Under the pieces are notes generated by a model, which was not told where the DNA came from, ran no database searches, and worked only from the letters and a program-made list of their open reading frames with translations. From positions 1-35,099 of the forward strand of contig CAZBLF010000010.1 of NCBI GenBank assembly GCA_964492935.1: 35,099 nt of DNA, read 5' to 3'. Below, in pieces: positions 27,451 through 35,099 of the stretch. Made by a program: the position numbers and the translations under genes. Position 1 is the stretch's first letter, and each line of letters opens with the position of its first letter. Source of the DNA: an uncultured Methanosarcinales archaeon (GTDB lineage: Archaea > Nanobdellota > Nanobdellia > Woesearchaeales > JACPBV01).

Positions 27451-27831
27451 ATGGCGAAACAGAAAAAAGATGAAGCATTGTACGTGGGATTGCAGGGTGC
27501 ACCACAGATTAGAAGGGTAGTGTTAACTAATTTAAAGGATACGCTCGAGATGCTGAAGGCGTTCGAGGAGTTTAAGCAGATTAGAAAGCAGAAGCATAGT
27601 TCGTTTACGACGTTAAAAGGCCATGTTGAGGAGATTACGCAGCTTGTTGGTAAGTTGAGAGGTGCGTTGCCAAAAGTTAAACAGTCAACGCTGAAAAAAG
27701 AGGAGCGGCCGGTTAAGATTGCTCCGAAGCCTAAACAAAAAGCTGCTCCTACTCCGATTGCACATTCTGAATTGGACAAAATCGAGAATGAATTAGATAC
27801 GATTGAACATCAATTGAATGCGATGGGGTAA
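27451..27831 (+). CDS. Coiled-coil protein with basic linker and acidic C-terminal helix
   Basis: 126 aa, 2 nt after the previous stop. Confidence 0.85.
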   Translation: MAKQKKDEALYVGLQGAPQIRRVVLTNLKDTLEMLKAFEEFKQIRKQKHSSFTTLKGHVEEITQLVGKLRGALPKVKQSTLKKEERPVKIAPKPKQKAAPTPIAHSELDKIENELDTIEHQLNAMG

Positions 27832-27871
27832 GGTTTTTATACAGATCCTAGTTCTATTTACTTTCACTCTT

Positions 27872-28006
27872 GTGGGGATGCCGGAGTGGTCAAACGGGAT
27901 AGACTCAAATTAGTTAAGTGATGAGCGTCAAGCGATGATTTTGCTATCTACTTGGGCGAAATCTATTTCCTTAGTGGATACGGGGGTTCGAAACCCTCTC
28001 CCCACA
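27872..28006 (+). tRNA. tRNA-Leu(CAA) with 51-nt intron (27910-27960) at position 37/38
   Basis: Acceptor GTGGGGA/TCCCCAC+A; D-arm CCG/CGG; anticodon stem ATAGA/TCTAT, CAA at 27906-27908; long variable arm; GGTTCGAAACC. Confidence 0.93.
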
Positions 28007-28809
28007 TTTTTTCTTTTATAGTTTTTATTTACATAATCAATACACTCGTTGAGTTCACCCTTTTTGTACTCGTTGAGTCTAAATCCTATGTTTTCTCGAA
28101 ACTTTAGTATATTCATTCTATTTCCCAATATTCGAAATCCTTGGCTGTAGGTCTTACTTCCATCCTTTTGTAGAGATTGGAAACTTGGTGAGTCGATTTT
28201 GCTGCACTTCACCGAGAAGCTTTCGGTAAGATGTTTAATCTGCGATATGAAACCAGTTAGCTCTTTCTGATATTTCTTAATTTTAGTCATGTGGAACCGA
28301 GCCTCTCTGATAAAACGATTTCTTTTTAGTTTTATAGTCGCTAGCTCGTCATCAAAAATACCTTGCAAGAATGCTCTTGCTAGTGGTTTGGAGCGCACTA
28401 TCCACTGAGGAACTGAGAATACTTTTTTGGTTTTGTTCCCTATTGGGGCCCCCAGGGCGTAGACATACCTACCAAATAGACAGTCATTCACTTGTAGCAG
28501 GTAGCTGATTCCCTTACTTTTTCTCATCCTTAGAGGTAAACTTGATTCCGGTAGAGAATAGTTCTCCTTTATCAGTTTCTTGAGATTCGAGAGGTCCTCA
28601 ATCGTTCCTGCAAAACGACACGTAAATAGGGCATCAAGATTGCCATCGCCCATCACTTTTGCCACCATATATGCCGAGACGCGAGCAAACTTGGTCTCTT
28701 GCAGTAGGGGTAGCCATCTCCTTTTCTTAAGACGGTCAAATTGCTTTTTTTGTGAAGATTGATACGTTTTCATCACTGCAGACATATCCAAAATTACGTT
28801 ATTTTTCAT
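27928..28809 (-). CDS. Free-standing two-motif LAGLIDADG (DOD-type) endonuclease-like protein
   Basis: YMVAKVMGDG and AFLQGIFDDE motifs; VPQWI; FRENIGF; SD GAGGTG. Confidence 0.85.
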   Translation of the reverse strand: MKNNVILDMSAVMKTYQSSQKKQFDRLKKRRWLPLLQETKFARVSAYMVAKVMGDGNLDALFTCRFAGTIEDLSNLKKLIKENYSLPESSLPLRMRKSKGISYLLQVNDCLFGRYVYALGAPIGNKTKKVFSVPQWIVRSKPLARAFLQGIFDDELATIKLKRNRFIREARFHMTKIKKYQKELTGFISQIKHLTESFSVKCSKIDSPSFQSLQKDGSKTYSQGFRILGNRMNILKFRENIGFRLNEYKKGELNECIDYVNKNYKRKNVGRGFRTPVSTKEIDFAQVDSKIIA

Positions 28810-29021
28810 TTTAATTTCCCCACCTCATCTTGAGATTTCTTTCGGTAGCGTGAAGAAATCTTTGGGTTTGCGGTTTGGGCTGATTAGCGAAACTCTATAA
28901 TTGCTTTTAGTGTCGAGGACCGAAGAGTATTATTTAAGAGTTTTGTGTGTCCTCTCCGCATTTTTTTCTTTTTTTTCTTTTGAGGGATATGTTTATATAT
29001 TGGAGTCTCGATAATAGGGGG

Positions 29022-29900
29022 ATGAAACATAATGTAAAGACGACTTCAATTTTATTGGGGCTCTTTTTTGTTGCTCAGATTATTGGATTATTTGTGATTC
29101 AGAATTATATTGATGTTGATGCTGCTCGAGAGGGCGAATTGGTGTTTAAGGAGCTGCCCTTCGATTTGGAGCGGCCGCCGATTGAGCAAAGTACATCCTT
29201 TCTGTATATTATTGCTGCGATCTTAGTGGGGACGTGTTTAGTATTGTTGTTGATTAAATTTAACAAAACTACTTTATGGAAAGTCTGGTATGGATTAGCG
29301 GTGGTGATTTGTTTGACGATTTCGCTGGCTGCTTTTGTTCCTGCAATTAGTGCGATCGCGGTAAGTGTTGTTGTTGCATTTTACAAAGTTCGACGAAATA
29401 ATCCGATCATTCATAATTTGACTGAGCTTTTTATTTATGGCGGATTGGCAGCTATTTTTGTTCCGGTGATTAATGTGGTGTCGGCGATCTTCTTATTGTT
29501 GGCGATATCGGTGTACGATTATATCGCGGTTAACAAGGTTAAACATATGGTGACCATGGCGAAGTTTCAGACGAAGGCGAAGGTTTTTGCGGGCTTGATG
29601 GTGGGTGGTGTGAAGCCAGGGAAGAAGTTAAAGAAATTGCCAGCTCCTCAAGCAGGCAGGGTGGCAATTCTAGGTGGTGGAGATATTGGTTTTACTCTTT
29701 TATTTTCTGGAGTTATTTTTAAGGGATTGATTTTGAGTTCTCCCGGTACTGCATTTTTGAAGACGCTTTTGATTCCGGTTTTTGCTACGCTTTTTTTGGG
29801 AGCGCTTTTATTTCTTGGAAAGAAGGGAAAGTTTTATCCTGCGATGCCTGCGATCACGGCTGGTTGTTTGCTGGGCTATTTCGCAACGTTGGCTTTCTAA
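29022..29900 (+). CDS. Presenilin/SPP-family (A22) intramembrane aspartyl protease
   Basis: YD (SVYDYIAV), LGGGD, PAMP; multiple TMs; ATG 29022 after TTTATATA. Confidence 0.92.
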   Translation: MKHNVKTTSILLGLFFVAQIIGLFVIQNYIDVDAAREGELVFKELPFDLERPPIEQSTSFLYIIAAILVGTCLVLLLIKFNKTTLWKVWYGLAVVICLTISLAAFVPAISAIAVSVVVAFYKVRRNNPIIHNLTELFIYGGLAAIFVPVINVVSAIFLLLAISVYDYIAVNKVKHMVTMAKFQTKAKVFAGLMVGGVKPGKKLKKLPAPQAGRVAILGGGDIGFTLLFSGVIFKGLILSSPGTAFLKTLLIPVFATLFLGALLFLGKKGKFYPAMPAITAGCLLGYFATLAF

Positions 29901-30721
29901 AGTTGTTGCATGCCTTCAATTAGAGTTCGTTGTCCCTTGTCGACGGAATAAGAAAGTGGATTGATGACCATTCCATCTCTTGCAGCGATGGTTTGGACGC
30001 CGGTTGCTTTATGGATTTCTCTGACTTGATGGAGTGGATCTGCATCCAGAACGCTATTGCCGAAATGGGTTAGAATTGCGAGGCGTGGTTCGACCGCAGT
30101 GATGAGGTCGATTGCATCTTCGATGCTTAGATTATCTTGCGCTGCTTGTTTGTTAACTCCCGGAACATTCATGATGAGGATGTGGATTCCCTTGAGATCT
30201 TTGATGAGATCGTCCGTTAATGAGGTATCTCCGGTGTAGCCGAGAGAAAAGTAGGGTGTATGGAAGGTGAAGCCGATGGACGGGGTGTCGCCGTGTTGAG
30301 TAGTGAGTGCTACAATCTCAATTGCATTTATTCCAATGCGTTGTCTTGGATTGAGTACTAGTGTTTTTTCTAGAAAGTTTTTGGTTCTTGGTTGGAGGAT
30401 TGCTGGAAGTTCTTCCGTACCTTGCACTACGGATTGTTCTCCTACTAATACTCCTTGTTTATCTACTCCATGGACGGTCATCGCATCTATGAGTACATTG
30501 AGATCGTTACAGTGGTGCAGATGACGATGCGTAACAAAAATTCCGTTGGTGCCGCGCACATTGACTCCGCAGAGTGCGGATTGCATGAGTGCATTGGGAC
30601 CGGGATCTATATGAAACTGATTTTCGTCTACTTGTAGTACGAAACCGCCAGAACTTAATCTACCGCGTCCTACAACCTGACTTCCTTGGCCAGTACCTAA
30701 GAAAACAATCGATGATTTCAC
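29897..30721 (-). CDS. Metallo-beta-lactamase-fold hydrolase
   Basis: FLGTG, IDPGP, THRHLHH, YTGDT, LTHFG; probable start GTG 30721. Confidence 0.88.
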   Translation of the reverse strand: MKSSIVFLGTGQGSQVVGRGRLSSGGFVLQVDENQFHIDPGPNALMQSALCGVNVRGTNGIFVTHRHLHHCNDLNVLIDAMTVHGVDKQGVLVGEQSVVQGTEELPAILQPRTKNFLEKTLVLNPRQRIGINAIEIVALTTQHGDTPSIGFTFHTPYFSLGYTGDTSLTDDLIKDLKGIHILIMNVPGVNKQAAQDNLSIEDAIDLITAVEPRLAILTHFGNSVLDADPLHQVREIHKATGVQTIAARDGMVINPLSYSVDKGQRTLIEGMQQL

Positions 30722-30890
30722 GTTTACCCCCCACGAGTAGGAAGCCGAAGCGGTTAATAAATATATCGATACTAGAAAAATCGTTTTTGAGATTATGAAT
30801 GTGTTTTGATTGTTGAAGAATATCGCTTCTTTCCTTTCCAGTTGTGAAAAGTGCAAATTTGACGTAATTAGGCGAAACCTTTTTAAAGAA

Positions 30891-30948
30891 ATAGTACTAT
30901 AATAGGCTTAAATTAAGTATAAATTAGTACTAAATTGGTAAAATACTA
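30891..30948 (+). promoter_or_regulatory. Promoter with phased repeats/palindromes upstream of the AbrB-like gene
   Basis: atagtactat 30891-30900, ttagtactaa 30924-30933; three 11-bp aaatt-initiated units 30910-30942. Confidence 0.55.
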
Positions 30949-30949
30949 A

Positions 30950-31117
30950 ATGGTCAAAGTAGTTGTAAATAACGGGCAGTACAAACTTACTATTCCTAAG
31001 GACTTAGCAGAGGCAAAAGGCTGGACTTCTAAAACTAAATTGCGCTTTATTGAGACGGTAGAAGGTACGGTTATTCTGAAAGAGATTAAGCAGGAGAGGT
31101 TGGACAATGAGGAATAA
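30950..31117 (+). CDS. AbrB/MazE/SpoVT-family DNA-binding protein (55 aa, absent from the ORF track)
   Basis: Manual translation MVKVVVNNGQYKLTIPKDLAEAKGWTSKTKLRFIETVEGTVILKEIKQERLDNEE. Confidence 0.85.
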   Translation: MVKVVVNNGQYKLTIPKDLAEAKGWTSKTKLRFIETVEGTVILKEIKQERLDNEE

Positions 31118-34100
31118 GTCTTTCCGTGGCGTACATGCGTTTGGCGTAGTTGTTGCTTGCTTAGCATTGGCAGCAATGTTCATTCCTTTCTTTTCCGATT
31201 CGCAGATTACTGGATTTGTGGTGGTTGATCGGACGGTTGCGTATGAGGATGTTATTGGAAGTGAGTGGGAGGATTCCGTCGGAGAAAGTACGTATTTGTA
31301 TACTTGGTTCCCGTCAACCCCTGGAGATTTGAGAAGTTTGAAGTTGAATGGTGTTGTTGAGGGTAGCGGCTCGGTTCGAGTAACTTTGGTAACTGAGGAT
31401 GCAGAGTACCTGGTGTATAAGCAGGGAGCGGTTTCTATTGATGCTGAAGCTGAAGCTGTTGAGAATGCTTCGCTCTCTCTTAGTGTAGCTTCCTCTGAGT
31501 CTGATCAGATTCTTGGATTTACTCCTTCGCTTGATGTGGTTAGTGACAACCTCTGTAGCGTTTGGGAGGTTAATAGTGAGAGAGTGGCATGTTATGGGGA
31601 TGACGCATGTTGTACGTTTGTGGGTTTGCCGTATTCTGCTGAATGGGATAGTGACTTTTTCTTATCACTCGGAAGGTATGGAGCTGTAAAGGAAAATATT
31701 GTTGAGGTGCAGACGATTCTGTATGATGTTGACTTTTCTATTCCTAGATCGGATATTCAGTATTCGAATAAAGTGGCAATGGAGGCGATCTTTGAGACCG
31801 ATTCGTTAGAAGAGGTGTGTGTTGATACGTGTGGTCTTGTTGGGTTGAATGCTTCGGCTTATGTCCTGAGGATTGAGGTTGACAATGCATCGTTGAGGAT
31901 TGAAGGTATTGGATATGGGATTGCTGAACAGCTTTCGATACCGGATAACCCTCCTGCTCTTGTTGCAGACATTTCTAATGTTACAGTGTATGAGAATTAC
32001 ACTGCTACTGTTGATTTGAGTCAGTACTTTGGTAGTTCCGGAGCTTTGGCGTATACTCCGTATACATCTGAAAATATTGACTTTATTGTTAGAGGAGATA
32101 TTTTGACGATTACGCCTCATCCTGGCTTTACTGGAACTCGTGCTTCTTTTGTAACGGCGAATGATAGCTACTTGACTGCGGTTTCGAATATCTTTACTAT
32201 TTCGGTTGTTGAGAAGCCCTTTACTTCGGATGATGTTGTGGTTACTGAGACGCTCGAGAGTGGTGCGGTTAGGATAGGTACTCCGGTTCGTTGGGTGAAG
32301 CGGGTTACGGCTGAACGTGCGGTGACGAATCTTTCTGTCAATCTTTCTCATGATCTGATTAATATTACTCTTATTGATATAGAGACTAATCGTGAGTTGG
32401 ATGCTGGTCGAGTTCTTCTAACTGAGAGTGGCCGTGCTCGGAATTTGAGTGATTTCTATACTGAAATTGAGGTTGGGAAGATCGAGGTACTGGAGCAGAA
32501 GTTGCAGGATGAGAAAAGAAGTGTCATTCTAGATGATCCTACTGCGGTGGATGAGGTACGGCGGATTAACTCTGAGATTTTGGATCTGCAGCTTGAAAAG
32601 AATCTGATTACTGGATTTGTAGTGGTTGTTGATGAGGAACCTGGTTTGTTGACACGATTTGTTGAATGGGTTTCTGGTGATTCGATTACGGGTTTGGTTG
32701 TTGCTGAATTAGTGGATGAAGAGGTTGTGGATAGTGTTCTTATTACTCAGCCGGTTTCATCGGTAGAAATTGAATATTACACTGAAGGTCCAAGAGCGGT
32801 CGAGGAGAATGTGACGGGAGCAGTTAGATTAGTGCACATTAGTTCGGATATTCACTATGAGGATGTGCTTGCGTTTAGTAGGTTGTCGCAAGAATTGCCG
32901 CGAGAGCATATAACGGTGCATCATCTTGTTAATGATTCTCGTAATGAGGTTGCGTTCTTTGCCTTTGATACGAATAACAACAGTTTGATCGATTACATTG
33001 AATGGAATGTTCCTCATCTTTCGAATCAGACGTATGAGATTTCTTTGACTATTTTGAATGTGCAGAGTTATCCGGTACTTGGTGGTGAGTGGACGGTTGC
33101 ATTCAATGTTACGGGAGTTGCTAATTTGACGATTGAGGCGATGAACGGGACTACGTATTCAGAGTATTATACGGATAGTAATGTTTCTACTAATGATTTG
33201 TTGCCTACGGAATTATCGTGTAATGAGGAAATCCTGTGGAGTCGAGCTGAGAATTTCTCACTTGATTCGGTACGGTTTGTGATTGGAAATGATACAGAGG
33301 TTAGTTTCAATGAAACACTTAATCAGAGTTTGAATTTGACGGCAATTAAGGTAATCAACTACACGTGTAATACTACTGGTTATCATACGATTGTCGAATT
33401 GACAACGGGAAAGCACTGGCAGGCGTTTAGTTTTGGAAATTTGACTGCGTATGCGAAGAATGATGTGGGTGCAGATTGTGATGATGGGTACGGGAATACT
33501 GGAAATGGGGCCGGATGTAACTTCCTTGATCCAGGCGATGATACCTGTATCGATATGGATGATGATTATGCGTTGGAATCTACCGATGATTGTCATTCCT
33601 CTATCGAATGTGACGGACATTATGGGTCGAGCTGTAGCTACTACGATGGATATTGGGAGAATGAAGGAATATGTTCGGATGGATCGGGTGGAGCTACCTG
33701 TGCAACCATGCCAGCTAGTGGTGAGCATGGTACTGGTCTTACCAATGGGGCTGCAACAGACTTCCATGACGGGGATGAATATGACATGTGTTCTTCTACA
33801 GAATTGCAGACTTGTGTTTCTGCATCAGGCGGTTTTGATCCGACTGCTGAAGGTATCTGTCTGGATGATGCTTGTTCTACTACGACTGGCCCGGCAGTTT
33901 TAGATTGCACCGATCAGGATTGTGCAGTTGCCGATATTTCGGATTCGAAAGTGGTCGATTGCGATAGTAGCTGCAGCTCCAGTGAGTATTCTTGGGCATG
34001 TGATTCCGCGACAGCTGCCACAGGTTGGGTGCAAGATGGGATCTGGGCTTATGATTCGGCATCAACATTCATGGATCTGTGCATTACCTCAGGCTATGTT

Positions 34101-35099
34101 TGTTATAATGAAGGTATGACCAGCTATTATAACTCCCATGACGGCGGTTCAACGGCATGTGACACAGGAGATGCATGTGATGCAACACTTACTGACGGTA
34201 ATTTTGATAGTACGTATGGTACAATGACTGCTGGCGGAGAGTGTGCGGCATCTGTTTCGGGTAATCAATTTGATGGTCCTGATGTCGGAACTTCAGGATA
34301 TGTTGTAAATGGAACTTCGGACAGTTCGATTGTTGAGGGTACTACATATTCAAGTGATCAGGAGATTAACTTTACTCATCCTACTTGGGGATTGCGGGTT
34401 TCGCTACATGCAAACTTTTCCACAGGTAATGTTAATCTGACGAACATGAGTATTAATCAGGATGAGCGGACTACGGTGACTAATTTTACTAGTGTTACGA
34501 ACGTTCCTAAGAATCACACCTTGTTTGTTCCTTCGCGAGAGGAGATGGGTGTTATTGTGTGTCCGCACGAAAATATTCTTGAGAATGTAACGGCTGACTG
34601 TCCGGATGTTGTCGGCTTTTCGGTGGAGGAGTTGAATACGGGAGCTACGGTGGAGAGAGGAGGAGTAATTGCTCGTTTATTGGAGTATGGTACAGAGGAT
34701 GAACGTTTCATGATTATGAATTTGTCTGGTTCGGGTGTACAGGAGAATGTTGCTGGTTGTGGAGCTGTTTTAGGAACGATTGGGCAGAATTATTCTCTTG
34801 CTAAGAATATTGCATCTTCCTCATATTATACTTGTTTGACTATCAATGCGACTAATGTTACGTTGGATTGTCGTGGTTTTAATATCACGTATGCAAATAG
34901 TGGAGTGGGTGCAGGAATCAACATCTCGAAGGCGAATAACGTACGTATTCATAATTGTGATGTTCGGCAGTATGCTGTAGGTACTGCACAATCAAATTCT
35001 CCAGGAATTTTGTTGCAGTTTTCTAATAATACTATCATTGAGAACACCACTGTGTTCACAAATGGTAGCACCTCCGTAGGAATTTACATGGATGATAAA
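31107..35099 (+). CDS. Giant exported surface glycoprotein, 3'-truncated by the window (at least 1331 aa)
   Basis: MRNKSFR + hydrophobic helix + ITGFVV; many NxS/T sequons; Cys/Asp-rich block about 33470-34250; beta-helix-like repeats from about 34760 (LDCRGFNI, NVRIHNC, GIYMD); the spots checked are all in one frame. Confidence 0.85.
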   Translation, partial: MRNKSFRGVHAFGVVVACLALAAMFIPFFSDSQITGFVVVDRTVAYEDVIGSEWEDSVGESTYLYTWFPSTPGDLRSLKLNGVVEGSGSVRVTLVTEDAEYLVYKQGAVSIDAEAEAVENASLSLSVASSESDQILGFTPSLDVVSDNLCSVWEVNSERVACYGDDACCTFVGLPYSAEWDSDFFLSLGRYGAVKENIVEVQTILYDVDFSIPRSDIQYSNKVAMEAIFETDSLEEVCVDTCGLVGLNASAYVLRIEVDNASLRIEGIGYGIAEQLSIPDNPPALVADISNVTVYENYTATVDLSQYFGSSGALAYTPYTSENIDFIVRGDILTITPHPGFTGTRASFVTANDSYLTAVSNIFTISVVEKPFTSDDVVVTETLESGAVRIGTPVRWVKRVTAERAVTNLSVNLSHDLINITLIDIETNRELDAGRVLLTESGRARNLSDFYTEIEVGKIEVLEQKLQDEKRSVILDDPTAVDEVRRINSEILDLQLEKNLITGFVVVVDEEPGLLTRFVEWVSGDSITGLVVAELVDEEVVDSVLITQPVSSVEIEYYTEGPRAVEENVTGAVRLVHISSDIHYEDVLAFSRLSQELPREHITVHHLVNDSRNEVAFFAFDTNNNSLIDYIEWNVPHLSNQTYEISLTILNVQSYPVLGGEWTVAFNVTGVANLTIEAMNGTTYSEYYTDSNVSTNDLLPTELSCNEEILWSRAENFSLDSVRFVIGNDTEVSFNETLNQSLNLTAIKVINYTCNTTGYHTIVELTTGKHWQAFSFGNLTAYAKNDVGADCDDGYGNTGNGAGCNFLDPGDDTCIDMDDDYALESTDDCHSSIECDGHYGSSCSYYDGYWENEGICSDGSGGATCATMPASGEHGTGLTNGAATDFHDGDEYDMCSSTELQTCVSASGGFDPTAEGICLDDACSTTTGPAVLDCTDQDCAVADISDSKVVDCDSSCSSSEYSWACDSATAATGWVQDGIWAYDSASTFMDLCITSGYVCYNEGMTSYYNSHDGGSTACDTGDACDATLTDGNFDSTYGTMTAGGECAASVSGNQFDGPDVGTSGYVVNGTSDSSIVEGTTYSSDQEINFTHPTWGLRVSLHANFSTGNVNLTNMSINQDERTTVTNFTSVTNVPKNHTLFVPSREEMGVIVCPHENILENVTADCPDVVGFSVEELNTGATVERGGVIARLLEYGTEDERFMIMNLSGSGVQENVAGCGAVLGTIGQNYSLAKNIASSSYYTCLTINATNVTLDCRGFNITYANSGVGAGINISKANNVRIHNCDVRQYAVGTAQSNSPGILLQFSNNTIIENTTVFTNGSTSVGIYMDDK

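Noticed and set aside
27928..28809. Intein or intron-encoded endonuclease
   Set aside because: No splicing-domain termini or host extein; the ORF is antisense and mostly outside the intron
28817..28823. TCCCCAC as a duplicated tRNA 3' end (att site)
   Set aside because: Only 7 nt and explained by the SD region of the LAGLIDADG gene; no integrase present
31806..34711. ORF-track entries within the giant gene, and other antisense ORFs (e.g. 92-424, 18476-19096, 21927-22394)
   Set aside because: Shadow frames of well-supported genes, with biased composition and no motifs

Overview
Archaeal chromosomal segment, most likely DPANN (Woesearchaeota-like). This is inferred from archaeal-type r-proteins, eS17, NAC, Sec61-beta, TATA-box leaderless genes, a tandem Lrp, a tRNA-adjacent LAGLIDADG gene and bacterial-type lgt/gyrA. 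It contains the uL3-uL4-uL23-uL2-uS19-uL22-uS3 operon (minus strand, uL29 broken at the window edge), two THUMP RNA methyltransferases, thiL, lgt, gyrA, scpB, an RNase P RNA, an intron-containing tRNA-Leu(CAA), a presenilin-type protease, an MBL hydrolase, an AbrB-like regulator and the first 1331 codons of a giant surface protein. The most notable observations are: (1) a three-gene operon (26372-27831) whose products share a gaplessly alignable 65-aa coiled-coil domain with a complementary E/E/K central layer plus ESCRT-MIM-like motifs, a candidate undescribed membrane-remodelling complex; (2) a free-standing LAGLIDADG gene whose stop codon lies inside the tRNA intron; (3) an RNase P RNA of atypical architecture; (4) a two-copy, double-hairpin REP-like element placed exactly after stop codons; (5) a recurring (I/V)TGx(V/F)(V/I) motif in exported proteins flanking the GxGD protease. 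All calls are by-eye motif recognition; no searches were run.
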